A DNA stretch of 63,559 bases, filler included, from Octopus bimaculoides (taxonomy: Eukaryota), in NCBI RefSeq assembly GCF_001194135.2. It is 6 parts of 5 records of this genome, joined end to end, with 100 filler letters (N's around TTAATTAATTAA, not from the genome) between each part and the next. Parts side by side here need not be neighbours in the genome. Positions count along the whole stretch, not along the records: positions 20,145 to 44,772 come from NC_068989.1; 5 more parts are not named here. One strand, written 5' to 3'. The notes beneath the pieces are model-generated. The model was not told where the DNA came from. It did no database searches and worked only from the letters and a program-made list of their open reading frames with translations. The position numbers and the translations under genes are program-made. The number at the start of each line of letters is the position of its first letter. The first letter of the stretch is position 1. This document shows, piece after piece, positions 20,149-33,670 of this stretch.

Positions 20149-21645
20149 TTGACGCTTCCACGCAGTTTCCGTCAACTAAATTCACTCACAAATATTGGCC
20201 GACTCAGAGCCAGAGCAAAAAACACTTACCGAAGGAACTGCGCAGTGGGACTAAACCCGAAGCCACTCGGCTGCAAAGAGGAGGTAAAAAAAAAAAAAGA
20301 AAAAATGTAAAGTGAGAAATAGTGAATGGAAGGGAAAAAGAGCATTGCAAGGAAACACCACAAGAAAAGGGATACAAATGTAAGAAGATGAAAACGTATG
20401 TCACAGAGAATAAAGATTAGTTTCCTGATTACACTTGCAGCTTGCTCGATAAAATTATCTTGATTGTGAAGCTTGCTCGGTCAAATTACTGTGTTTAGTA
20501 GTGTATAATACAAGAAATTTAATTCACAATTGGTCATTGACATTGTCCATATATACAGTGATAAACAAAATACTAATTTGTCTTCGTACAAAGTCATATT
20601 ACGCATTATAAACAAAAGGATTGATCTACTTTGTTTTAATTTGTTAGGCCTTCCCTGGCCGAGGGACTCGATGCAGTTGGTGTTCACAGTAAATCCTTTC
20701 ATTTAATGTCTGTCAAAAATACGTGAACCAAGAGATAGCTAAGTGACGATGTGTCTGGCTCCAATGTTTGCAACGGAGTGAAGTCCGCTTAAGACACCCA
20801 ATGGCCCGGGAGCGTTACCTTTTAGCCAGGGCCGGCTCAAAGTACCGGCAACTCGGGCAGTCGCCCGGGACAACATGTGCTACAGGGCGCCAAGAAGGGC
20901 GTGACAAAGACAAGGAAATTTCCACGACCGTCAGCTTGTACACGCTAAAGTTCAGCTTGCCAGGACGCTAGCTTTTAGCCAAAATTGTAGACAGGGCTCA
21001 GGGTCCATTACAGGGTCTCCAAGACTAGGAGGACGGAGTGAAGGAGGGAACTATCATCAAACTAGAGTTTTCATCCTAATCCTAGCAACAGAATGAACTC
21101 TGCTAGGGGTGTACATACTTTTTCAACCAGCCCTTCTCATGGATACCGAGACTGGTGTTCGCAAACTCTCATGTTTGAAACCGATTGGCAAAATCAGATG
21201 ATATAGATCGATAAACATTCTATAAATAATTAACAATTAATATACCCGCTCGATTGACAAATATACAAGCGCCTGGTTTTTGTAGCTCATGGATTTTCAG
21301 GCAACTTCATTTCTCTCACATTCTCTCTCTCTTTCTCTTTCTCTCTCTCTCTCTCTCTCTCCCTCTCTCTCTCTCTCACTATTTCTCTCTCTCACACTAT
21401 TTCTCTCTCTCTCACTNNNNNNNNNNNNNNNNNNNNNNNNNNNNNNNNNNNNNNNNNNNNNNNNNNNNNNNNNNNNNNNNNNNNNNNNNNNNNNNNNNNN
21501 NNNNNNNNNNNNNNNNNNNNNNNNNNNNNNNNNNNNNNNNNNNNNNNNNNNNNNNNNNNNNNNNNNNNNNNNNNNNNNNNNNNNNNNNNNNNNNNNNNNN
21601 NNNNNNNNNNNNNNNNNNNNNNNNNNNNNNNNNNNNNNNNNNNNN

Positions 21646-21684
<39 letters not shown>

Positions 21685-23290
21685 ACTTGGGGATGGTCAT
21701 ATTGCCAGTTTAGCTAGCTTCGTTCCTATTAGCTTACAACGGCTTCCAACAGAATCAGTTTGTTCAAAAGTAGGTTATAATGCTTTACCTGGCTCACTTA
21801 CACACACGGCTATACCTCTTGGTACTTGTCAGCTCTCATTCCTATTTTAACAAAGCTATACTGTTTTGCTTAAAAACTGCCTTCTGATATCCATTTCACA
21901 TGCTTCTCAAAAGTATATTTACTGGACTTTTTCACGAACATTTTCATATTTTAGATTAGTGACTACATTCACTAAAGTATAATCGCCGTAACCGCATGAC
22001 ATAAGACATACTGTATCAAGTAGAACGTGAGTAAAAGAACAAAAACCACATGTAGAATGTTCTTCTGACCTTTACAACTAAGAACTGATCGGCATTGAAC
22101 ATACATTAGAGCCCACGGTTGGAAAAGACTATGAGCAGTGTGGACTGCCAGCTACACTACGAGCTATTGCTGCTACTTTCTGTTGAAAGATACTTCACGT
22201 AACTGGTTATGACGTTCAACAACTGGAACAGTATTGTTTCTCTTATACAGTTACTGGACTGCGGCCTTTCTGGAGCACTGGAGCACTATTTTAAAGGTTT
22301 TAGTTGAACAAATCGATTGTAGTATTCACTCTCTTATGTCTGGCATTCATTCCACCACACACATTCTCTCCCTCCCTCTCTCGCTCTCTCCCTCTCCTTC
22401 TCTCTCCCTCTCTTCCTCTCTCTCTCTCTCTCTCTCACTTACTGAACCGCTAAGTAACGAGGACATAGACAAACCAACAACGGCTGTGAAGTGGTGTCGT
22501 GGAGACAAACACAAGTACAAAAACAGACACACATACACGTGTATGTATGTATGTATGTATGTAAGTACATATATATATGACAAGCTTCCACGGAATTTCC
22601 GTCAACTAAATTCACTCATAGATTATTGGCCGACCAGGAGCTAGTGTAGAAAACATTTACCGAAGGGGCCACGCAGTGAGACTAACCCCAAAACTATTCG
22701 GTTGCAAAGAAGAGGTAAACAAAGAAGAAATGTAAAGAGAAAGAAATAGTGACAGGAAGGGAAAGAGGGCGTTGCAAGGAAACACCACAAGATAAAGGAT
22801 ACAAATGTAAGATGCTAAAAACGTATGTCACAGAGAACAAAAATTAGTTTTCTGATTGAAGCATATAGTTGGAACCTTCAAGAATAAGCAAAAGATATTG
22901 AAATGGTAACTTATTTGGTTTTTCTAAACAGTGTAGACTTTAATTGCTTTTCTTTTTGATTGATAAGCAGCTTTCTTTATTACAGTATAGATGTAAAGTA
23001 TTGTGTATCTTAATCAAATCTCACTTATATTTTTTTATTGTGTGGTGTGTGTTGCAAGCTATCATATGTCAGTTCTTCAATTTCACTACTGAGTTACTTG
23101 TGACACATCATAACAACATGATTCTCAACAACATCAAAATTTAGTATAATTACACGTGCAACTTGCTTGATCAAATTACCTTGTTAAGCTTTCTCGGTCA
23201 AATTATACTCGATTGACAAATATACAAGCCCCTGTTTCTGTAGCTGATAGATTCTCAAACAACTCCCTTTCTCTCACTTTCTCTCACTCT
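20149..23290. repeat. Diverged local duplication (copy 1 about 20149-21330, copy 2 about 22578-23310)
   Basis: Colinear shared blocks: TTTCCGTCAACTAAATTCACTCA, TTGCAAGGAAACACCACAAG, AAAACGTATGTCACAGAGAA, CTCGGTCAAATTA, CTCGATTGACAAATATACAAGC. Confidence 0.9.
20827..20971. mobile_element. Small GC-rich insertion, possible hAT-type MITE remnant with 8-bp TSD
   Basis: Starts CAGGGCCGGCTC; CTTTTAGC repeated at 20819-20826 and 20972-20979; right TIR not recognisable. Confidence 0.45.
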
Positions 23291-24179
23291 CTCTCCCCCT
23301 CTCTCCCTCCCNNNNNNNNNNNNNNNNNNNNNNNNNNNNNNNNNNNNNNNNNNNNNNNNNNNNNNNNNNNNNNNNNNNNNNNNNNNNNNNNNNNNNNNNN
23401 NNNNNNNNNNNNNNNNNNNNNNNNNNNNNNNNNNNNNNNNNNNNNNNNNNNNNNNNNNNNNNNNNNNNNNNNNNNNNNCGATATGTGGGTATTCTATTTC
23501 AAATAAAAACAAAAATAACCAAATGAGTATATCTGACAGTAAACTCATGATATCAGTTTGCACATCACGAAATAATACTTAAAGGATATAACAAAAAATT
23601 ACCAGCAGGGTATATAATATACTTCATTAATCATATCCTACTTTAGTTAATACTTATATTTATTAAATACGAAGGAACTACACATGTTTCAGTATTGGAA
23701 GATTACAATATATATATACATATACACAACTGTCTACCTATATATACATACATATATAAATACATATATGCAATCGTCAGATTTACAATTATTCCAACAC
23801 ATCTTCAGGTTCTATTTCAAAATATTATATATCTAATTTTACATCCCTTTAAAAATAAGCAATACAATTAAGCATTAAAGATTAAAAATTAAGAATTAAA
23901 AATTAAGAATAAAAATTATACTTTGTAATATTAAGAATTAGAATTTATAAATTATACATTATAAATAAGAATTAGTATATATATATCAATCATGTAAAAT
24001 CAAGTATATGTCAAATACAGAATGTGAGATATAAGATTAAACATCCGAATAAAGATGTCTGCTTTTATATACAAGAAATCGCAGGCATATGAAAAATTGT
24101 TTTACTATTGGATTCTCAAAATATACATGGTACAGTTTTTGTAAGCACAGTAGGTGTTAATGTAAAAGCTCAAGAAGCA

Positions 24180-24720
24180 AGTAATTTGGTAATAAATTAT
24201 TGCGCAGGTAAAGGAAGGTGATACTGTTTGTGAGAACCAAAGTGTAAAATTATAGGGGATGAAATGCTAGGACAAGAGGTGGTTCAAGAAATTGAAAATA
24301 TTCTACTTCCAATCAATAAAATAAATCGTTGTATTGATGACATGTCATGTGATGTTGAAAAGGTTCTGTGTGATACTGAAACGATAGATTTTCTATCGCG
24401 GTTGGGGAGTCAACAGATCTTACCAATAAATGTTACATTGTTGAATTTATAAGATTAGTGAATGAGGATGAAATTCAAGAAAACTATTTTTGTTGCAAAA
24501 AAGAAACTGAAGAATAGATATATCTACTGTTTTGTCATCTTCATATTTGGAAACAAGAGGTTTCTCCTGAAAAAACTGTGCCTGTAGCGGTGCTGATGCT
24601 ATCTCATTGTTGGTTGGTTCCATAAAAAGGTTTTGTTCCTTTTGCAAAACAAACAAAAAAGTGCAAGAATTGTCTTAACACATTGATTTCTTCACAGAGA
24701 GATACTGATTTCAAAATCTC
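24180..24720 (+). pseudogene. Degraded hAT (Buster/Charlie, ZBED5-like) transposase fragment
   Basis: Interrupted frames give MLG..V.EIENI.L..N.INRCIDDMSCD.E, GESTD, RLVNEDEIQENYFCCK, DA...GSIKGFV, resembling the IPLSNNTI.RRI.DM and DESTD blocks of this family. Confidence 0.75.
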
Positions 24721-27689
24721 TTGGAGATAAACTGTAAAACGTTTTTGTGGAGGAATAAATAGAGGTACAAATAAAGGTTACTCTTGCCTCTCGAGATGCA
24801 AAGGGAAACAGTATATCCTAACTTCGGCCCTGCCATCACTAGGTAGTCACTCAACCTGCTAGAAATAGCAACTAGAACTTCTAGCATCTAAAATAAACAA
24901 GGGCACATTAAACAACAATAGGGTTCAAGGTTAATATACCGTTTATCAGATCCGCAGGATCGGGAATAACTTGAGGCTAAACAACAGCAAAATTAATGAT
25001 GTAAGTGAAGTGACTACAACTTGGAATCGAACATAAGTAGTACGTATATTCTGATTTGCTGAGCCTTACTTCCGTCTTGTCACGTTTACCATTTTGCAAA
25101 TAATTATAGCAACTCTGTAGACCTATTTTAGATGTTACCCCTTTATGTCTATATTTATTTTTATAACTCTTCTTAGTAACATCTGTTAATTTTATTTTAA
25201 TGAGAGGAACAGCCGCTTAAACCTACTAAAATAATCGATATCGATGAATCACTCGACAGTTGTTGGAAGAAACGTGACAGTATTTCTATTGTATTTGTTG
25301 TAGCGGAATAAATTAAACAGACGCCAGAGAAGAAAGCGATAAAATCAGTTAAAATAAAATGATAAATTTATCATAGAAGGAACTGGATTATTCTTGCGTG
25401 TCATCATGTTCTACTATAGTTTTGATGATACCAAAAGATTATCGCTCAACTTAAGATAATCAGCTGAAGGAAAATGAAATCCCTAAAAGTCGTTAGATGT
25501 ATCTTTAAAATAATGTTGGTCTCCCTGGATAGATAAGATTAATATTATTAGTGTTCAGTTCGAATTTCAATATATTAACGACTGTGGTGAGGATGGATGC
25601 TCAGGAAGGGATTTGCAGAGATTTACAATTCTGAATTTGAAAGATTAGATAAAAGTATTTTAAAGGGGGTTTTATGGAAGACAAGGACAGGTGAGTATGC
25701 GAGATGGACTTTGATGATGATGATAGTTATACAGCTGGCTAGTTCACGTGAGTAATGATCATTTATATTAATGATAGAAGACAGAGAGAAGAAACAATGC
25801 AACAGTGAGCTAACAATAAAAGTGTATCGGTGAATAATGATTTGCCAGAACTGTAGTGTCCATGCGTGTAATGTGTCCAAGCGTGTAACAGCAGGCAGTC
25901 CCTGATATATTAACAGCACTACTGCAGTTCATATTTCAGGTTTCTAGAAGACCAACAAGTGGCTGATGCTAAACGATTTTCTTGCACTGAAGTATTATCT
26001 ACGTTGTGGTCAGATTATTTAGTTACGTATAAGTGACCGCCTTGAAAGATTATCGACGATGGTGAAAACTAGCATTTGTAGAGACTTTAAGGCTTCTATA
26101 TGTTGTTCATGTGTAGGTAGCGTATGTAAAAGGCTGTTTCCTTGGTGTATGAGGCGACGGTACCTTTGTAGTTTTTAGGAATTTGCACTCACGATCGTGA
26201 GATCATGATTTCGATTCCCAGACCGGCTGTGCGTTGTGTCTTTGTAAAAAACACTTCATTTTGTGCGGCTCCTGTCTACTCGGTTATAAATTGGTAACCT
26301 TGCAATGGATTGGCGTACAAAGGTGAGGTAGTGACTCAAGAAAATCGCCCGAACGGCGGTCTCGCGAGCCACATTTTGTATCCAGCGATCAAAATGATGA
26401 ATGGAACAACCTGTATTGTGAATCCCGACAGGTTGGGATTGGTTGTTCAACCAAATCGGAAAGTCAATCAATCAAATATATGGAATGTGATAGAGCAAAG
26501 AGTAGATATGGCACTGTAGAAACTGGTTATTATTGCGTTTGTCCTTATTTATGGATCTTTTGTTTGGCTGCACTTGTGGAAATTTTGAAGTTTAGTGGAA
26601 ATTTTTTTAATTTTGGTATATAAATGTAATTTTCCACGCTGAATCTCAGGAGATAATTCACTTCTTTCAGAAAATATTAAAAATAAGTTACAAGTGTTTA
26701 AAGTTTGATCAGTTTTACCCAGTCAGAAAACAGGATTTGGAAGCTGTCATTTTGTGCGTGACAGCATGTGTTGTCAACTGTAAACAAATGAAATATTGGC
26801 GGAATTCTGTTTTATGCACACCATTTAACCCCTCATAACTTTTTACATTTTTGGGAATTTTCAGAAAATTTTTGCGAATTTGTATTCTACACACCGGAAT
26901 TCATGCGATTATGCAAAAATAAAATAAAATAAATTTTGGCGTGTGATTTATGGCCTGTTTTTAGCTATTATTAATAGTACATCTCATGATCACCTCATAC
27001 TGAATGTGTTTTAAATATTTAATAAGCGACAAAAAGAGGATATGGTAAGTAGCTTGGTGACAGCTTGGCTTGATACTATGGAAACAGGCACTTGTATGTC
27101 TGTGGCATTCATTGGCTAAAATTACCCAAAATTTGCAAACTTTAAAAGCTATTAACTCTTTGTTTATTGATTTATGGCGAAAATGAATTTCAGGTCAATG
27201 ATTACTTTACAAAACTACATCAACACCTCAAATATGAAATCAATTGGAACAAAAATTTAAGAAACTGAATAGTGGCAGCCAATTCAGGATACAGCTGCGT
27301 TGCGGGTGAAGTTACGATTTAATGCCTTGAAGACAGAACGTGTGAATCATTCTCGGCAGCCAGAACCAAGAATAACTCGACAGTGGTTATTTGACAACGT
27401 ACACAATAGTCAATTCCTAGGCACGACAGAATGTATGGATCATTCTCAGCAGTCAGTACAAAGCGTCGACACAGTACCTCAAATAATAACAGAACTCTGT
27501 GTTTGCCAATTGAACGTCGAATGAAATACGAGCCATTTGAAAAACTTTCGCTGACAATGTTGCATTTAACTGCAATTAATTGATATGATAGTAATCAATT
27601 ATTTAATTGGCAGTACGACTCCAATGTATTTGACCAATATATTACAATTAATTTTTCATCAATAAATTTTTTATAACCCCTGACGTCGA

Positions 27690-27845
27690 CACCAATTCTC
27701 AATTGGTATTTATTTTAGCGACCCTCAAGAGGAGAAAAGGCAAAGTTGACTCCGGTGGCCTTTGAACTCAGAACGTAAAGACGGACGAAATGCCGCTAAG
27801 CATTTTTCCCAGTGTGCTAACAATTTTGCCAGCTCGCCGCCTTCG
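27690..27845 (-). mobile_element. SINE family B
   Basis: Minus strand GGCGAGCTGGCAAAATTGTTAGCAC...AATGCTTAGCGGCATTTCGTCCGTCTTTACGTTCTGAGTTCAAAGGCC. Confidence 0.88.
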
Positions 27846-28169
27846 GAGCACAAACAACCAAGTTCGAGAAATATGTCAGAGAAAAGGGATTCACATGGAA
27901 GCAGACCAAGCCCCAAAAACTGTTCTTCTGGGGGGAGCCAGGATTTTGAGATTGATACTTGGATGTTGAATTTTTTTTTTTTTTTAATTAACAACCAAGT
28001 ATCAAAGCTTATAATGTGCGGACAAAGATCCTGTGAGACCTCTGACAACAGGCTGCTGTCCGCTCTCACAGAATCAACCAGAGCAAACAAGACCGAGCGC
28101 TCTGAGAAGAAAAACAATAATGATAATGATGATGGAGATGGTGGTTTCAAAAACTTTGGAGAAGACCAG

Positions 28170-28330
28170 CAATATTGGAGTAGGGGTGAAATCTCAGTGC
28201 TCAACCGGTACTTATTTTATCGACTCCAAAAGGATGACAAAATTAACCCTCGGTAGAATTTGAACGTAAAGACGAGCGAAATACCGGTAAGCATTGTCCA
28301 GCGTGCTAACGATTCTACCAGCTCGCTGCT
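28170..28330 (-). mobile_element. SINE family B, internally deleted
   Basis: GCGAGCTGGTAGAATCGTTAGCAC head and GATAAAATAAGTACC core on minus strand. Confidence 0.85.
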
Positions 28331-28725
28331 TTGTTGCCGCAAATATAAATAATAATGTTAAACGTCTAATTATTGTTGTATTTTGTTGTAGTCTAATCCA
28401 TCCTAATTACTAATGACGTGTTAACTAGATTTACTAATGGCCATTTGTTTGAAACAGATGGAATTATAATGTCTGCGTTTTGTTTACGCTATCAACTGTT
28501 ATCAATTCTTTCTCATGCAATTTGTTTTTAACTTTTATCCATATTTATTTATTTATTTATTTTGTATGCGTTCTGTGATTGGTTGATTCTTGTTGGACCA
28601 GCATTGATAATTAACGTTTTACTTTAGTGTTTCTTGTCAGGATTTTTTTTTTTAACAATTAGAATAAAAAAACATTTTCAGCCTAGTCAATTCTTTTTTC
28701 GTTTTCAGTCAATTATTTATTTAAG

Positions 28726-28728
<3 letters not shown>

Positions 28729-28812
<84 letters not shown>
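28729..28812. repeat. Compound trinucleotide microsatellite (CAT)n(TAT)n
   Basis: Direct inspection. Confidence 0.97.
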
Positions 28813-30379
28813 GCAGAAAGCCCGTCCTCCGCGCGGTTTTCTGCTAGCCCCTTGATAATATTTTCACATTTGATTCCCAATTCTAATAATTTTTATATTT
28901 TACGTCAAAATATTTGTTTGTATAATAGTGCTCACTTGCTTAGTAAGTATTGCTTTCATTATTTAATCAGTCATAATCTCTTTTTAAGCAAACATCAAGA
29001 TAGTCCAACAACAGAGGAAGAAGCAGTTTGTCAAGTTTTACCTTACCCTCAAAGCAACATAGAGATTTCAATTCAGCAGCCCTTCTATAAGCTTTGCAGT
29101 GTGTGGAAGTGAAAGAGAGAGAGGGTGGGGGAGAGAGAACATTGTAAACAATGAATGAAATAAACATGAAATGAAAAAATCGTATAAATAAAAGGGCATT
29201 ACTACAGGTGTATACGCCATCGACTTTGTTGCCTCATAACATCCAGAAAAATGAATACTTTTTAACAAAATTTCCTTCAAATACCTCTTAGATGTTGTGG
29301 CTTCAGAGTATATAGAGATTTATGAGAAAGAATTTTTCCGAGGGTATGGAGAGAGGAATTTTGGAAAATTCACACGATCTGATTTTAATAATCCCTCATA
29401 ACTTTCAGAAAGGTGGGTATCTTTTAATGAAAATTTATACAAATCCCTTTCAAACGGCATAGAGTACGATTATAAAGAAATATGGGGGAAATTTTTTCAG
29501 GGNNNNNNNNNNNNNNNNNNNNNNNNNNNNNNNNNNNNNNNNNNNNNNNNNNNNNNNNNNNNNNNNNNNNNNNNNNNNNNNNNNNNNNNNNNNNNNNNNN
29601 NNNNNNNNNNNNNNNNNNNNNNNNNNNNNNNNNNNNNNNNNNNNNNNNNNNNNNNNNNNNNNNNNNNNNNNNNNNNNNNNNNNNNNNNNNNNNNNNNNNN
29701 NNNNNNNNNNNNNNNNNNNNNNNNNNNNNNNNNNNNNNNNNNNNNNNNNNNNNNNNNNNNNNNNNNNNNNNNNNNNNNNNNNNNNNNNNNNNNNNNNNNN
29801 NNNNNNNNNNNNNNNNNNNNNNNNNNNNNNNNNNNNNNNNNNNNNNNNNNNNNNNNNNNNNNNNNNNNNNNNNNNNNNNNNNNNNNNAGATTTCTAAAAT
29901 ATAATTAAAACGTACAATTAATATAAAATCTCTTGATTTAAAAAACAATAATTCCTTCATTTTTTACCGTTTTCTAATAAGAAATATCTAAAGTATCTTA
30001 TTCATGCTGAAAAAAACATTTTGCTAATAATTCAGTGCTCTTAATGCCCCAAACAGTTTCAGGTGTTCATCGACCCCTTGGACAGCCGCATAGTCCCACC
30101 AGTGGTCAATATTAACCACTTTGCCGACCCGTGGTCAGCAGTTCGGTACTCTTTTCAATGATTCCATGAAGTGGTTAACGATATAAGAAGTTTGCCGACC
30201 CCAGCTATAGATTTAATCTGCCGCCCGGATTTGGTAACGTCATCTGATCCTTGAGTCAGATGAGGGGGGGGGGGGAATAATGTAGGCATCTTGCGTGACC
30301 AGTACGTTATTGTATATACTACAAAATACCTGCCACATTTCTCAATCAAATCAAACACCACAGTTTAGCAGTTAGTAAA

Positions 30380-30700
30380 TTACTCTGTGTTAGTACAGGC
30401 AGATACAGCAATACCCTTAGATACAAAATAATAAACAATGAGCTCGGCTGACGTTTCGCATCCCACTAAGTCATTGCATTTGATTTTCAAACATTCGTTT
30501 GTGTTTACTGCAGAGATGCTTTTCCCTCCATTCAGTTTTGTGCTTAACACCTTTTTTGCTCTCCTGACATATACGTGTCTCACCTTCTCTTTCATTTCTT
30601 CGCAGAGGATTCTCTGCCTCCAATACACCCTAATATTTGTAACGGTCTCCGTCATTCGTTGCTTGGATTTATGTCTGTTTTGGGGAGTTTAATCCTTCCT
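30380..30700 (-). pseudogene. R4/Dong-type RLE non-LTR retrotransposon, RT C-terminal fragment
   Basis: ILCEEMKEKVRHVYVRRAKKVLSTKLNGGKSISAVNT resembles the H.EMKEK...EY.RR..KIL.SKLNGGN.I.AINT block of R4-clade RTs. Confidence 0.75.
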
Positions 30701-30754
30701 GACTAGGATGTTTTACCTCTCTTTATCTATAACATCGTACGTTTATCTATTCCA

Positions 30755-30870
30755 AAAAGCTTAGCGGCATTTTGTCCGTCTTTACGTTCTGAGTTCAAAT
30801 TCCGCTGAGGTCGACTTTGCCTTTCACCCTTTCGGGATCGATAAAATAAGTACCAGTCAAATACTGAGGT
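30755..30870 (+). mobile_element. SINE family B fragment
   Basis: GCTTAGCGGCATTTTGTCCGTCTTTACGTTCTGAGTTCAAATTCCGCTGAGGTCGACTTTGCCTTTC...GATAAAATAAGTACCAGT. Confidence 0.88.
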
Positions 30871-31084
30871 GGATGGCCCTGAGCTAAAATTTGTAACCAT
30901 TATTGTTATCAACATCATTATCATTATCAGCAGCAACAGCACCAAAAGCAGATTACTTTCGAGAACGAGTCAGCAGGGAAGCATCTAGAAGGTGCTAGAA
31001 ATAATAACCAAATTTCCCTCGAATCATATTTACCCTCTTAAAAAAGTGTGGATGAGGACATTCGTGTTAAACTATATCTTATAT

Positions 31085-31470
31085 TTTCTGTTTCAGTCAT
31101 TAGACTGCGGCCATGCTTGGGCACCGCCTGGAATAATTTTAGTCGAATGAATCGACCCCGGTAGTTGGTTCATCGGTCCATTTTGTCGAGCCGTTAAGTT
31201 ACGGGTGTGTAAAAACACCAACACCGGTTGTCAAGCGGTGTTGGAGGACAAACACAAAGACACACACACAGACACTCAGAGATAGATAGATAAGATAGAT
31301 AGATAGATATGTGACGAGCTTCTTTCAGTTTATATCTACCAAATCCACTCAAAGCTTTACTCTGCCCGAGGCTATAGAAGAAGACAGTTGCTCAAAGTGC
31401 CACGCAGTGGGACTGAACCCAGAACTATGTGGTTGGGAAGCAAACCTCCCACCATACAGCTACGCCAGCG
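31085..31470 (-). mobile_element. Near full-length SINE family A with internal CA/GATA microsatellite
   Basis: Colinear with 56400-56755; tRNA-like head at the 31470 end. Confidence 0.85.
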
Positions 31471-31853
31471 CCTTGAAGATATTAATTTTTTTTAATGTAC
31501 AGCGGTGTGGGCAAGGCTGGAATACTTTTGATCGGTCTACTGGCTCAAACCTGATCCAGAGTTAAACAACAATAACAGCAACAATTTTCTGGGAATATCT
31601 GTCCAAAGAGTAAAACATTCAATTAAATGGTACGAGACGAGATCTGAGCTCAGAATATCGATTCGTTTCGTCAAATTTAACTCTGGAGGCATAGGTTGAG
31701 AGCAACAAAGAGGGAGTGTATTTTAAAATATCAAATTTCAATAGAATATTTAATAGTTCTTTACTTTAATCCACCCCAAAAATATTGACCTTTTTTGTCT
31801 TTGACATTTACGCAACATTTGACAAACAACTTATTTACGTATCTACTTGCAAC

Positions 31854-31885
<32 letters not shown>

Positions 31886-32499
31886 GACGTTACAATGTAT
31901 GTATTCATTAATATATCCAGTTCATAAGTATCACTTATCCAGCTTAAGTGACTGGTGTGTGTGTGTGTGTGTGTGTGTGTTTTTGTGCGTGCGTGCGTGC
32001 GTGCGTGTGTGTGTGTGTGTGTATGTGTTGTAATAGCAGCCTTGATAAGTCATTTCGAAGGTTCAAATTATAGCGTTTCCCAGTAAGACAATCATTCCTT
32101 TGTTTAGTCAAATCATGCAAGATATATATAACCGTTATTATAATAATAGCCGATATAAATGTTGGTTGGTGGGTTTGTGGGTTGGTTGGTTGGTGGGTTT
32201 GTGGGTTGGTTGGTTGGTTTCTCTAGTGACGCTTTACATTATATAGGGAGGAGAGAAAATAGAGTCAACATAAGAAGTTAAAATCGATAGTGGTAGGAGC
32301 AAGATAAAAATGAAAAAAATTTCGTAGTCGATAGGCACCAAATATCTGAAATATGCTCGCACACACGCACGCGTGCGGTGCACATAATTTTCGGTCCATC
32401 GCACACAGACAGGTGACAGGCATCAATGCATTTTAAGTAGAAAGATAAACATGACAGTTAAAAAAAGAGGGGTAAAAAGCAGTAGGTTTACATAGCCAT

Positions 32500-32647
<148 letters not shown>

Positions 32648-32984
32648 TACTTCATATCAATAGTATATTTCCAAATTTACCCGTCACATGTATTTATAAT
32701 ATAGTTAGACATAAAATAAGGTTTATATATATACATATGATATATTTAGAGGTTATTACAGTATTGTCATATGTTGGTTACTAAACAGAATACTAGATTG
32801 TCTTTAACAATAGCAATTCCATTTGACAAGACCCGGAATAAATTGATTTTATTCTTCCTGTTTTTATCTGTAACTTTTAGAGTAGAAATTAGATGGAATT
32901 TTCTGGAATACTACCACCGACATCTCACCGATTTTGTGCAGTGTATTACATATTGCCGTGTTGAGCAGTGTAATACCCGCTGAT

Positions 32985-33670
32985 CATCCTTTCAGGGTCG
33001 ATAAAATAAGTACCAGTTGCGTACTGGTGTCGATGTAACTTCTTTAAAAAGGCAGCGAGCTGGCTGAACGTTAGCTTCGCGATATAATAAAAAGAATTAC
33101 TTAAAGCTGCGAGCTGATAAAATAAGTACCGGGGTCGATAAAATAAGTACCGGGGTCGATAAAATAAGTACCAGCTAAGTACTGGAGTCGATGCAATCGA
33201 CTATACCCCTCTCCAAAATTTCAGGCCTTGTGCCTACAGTAGAAATAATTATTAATAATAATAATTAATTAATAATAATAATAATATCTTATTTTTGCAC
33301 AAGGCCAGCAATTTTGAGACTCAACTTGTTCAGTGCTCAACTTGTACTTATTTCATCGGCCCCGAAAAGATGGAAGGCAAAGTCGACCTCGACGGAATTC
33401 GAGAACAAAACTTAAAGACGGCGAAATACCGCGGAGTACTTTGCCCGGCGTGCTAACGACTCCATCAGCTCGCTGCCTAAAGTAATTCTTTTTACTATAG
33501 GTACAAGGCTTGAGATTTTGCGGGAGGAGGCTAGTCGATTACATCCACTCCATTATTTGCCTGGTACTTATTTTATCGACCTTGAAAGGCTGCATGGGAA
33601 AGTCGACCTCAGCGAAATTTGAACTGAGAACGTAAAAACGAACGAAATGCCGCTAAGTATTTTGACCGAT
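32985..33670. mobile_element. Cluster of SINE family B fragments in both orientations, including a triplicated 21-bp core (GATAAAATAAGTACCGGGGTC)
   Basis: Plus copy 32985-33245 with tandem repeats at about 33116-33175; minus copies 33330-33480 and 33550-33665. Confidence 0.85.

Noticed and set aside
20164-20176. Similarity between the SINE A segment AGTTTCCGT and the reverse complement of the satellite monomer
   Set aside because: Only a 9-bp match with no flanking similarity; compatible with chance
27725-28263. ORFs of 159-164 aa on both strands
   Set aside because: Begin and end in SINE family B copies; no coding signature in between
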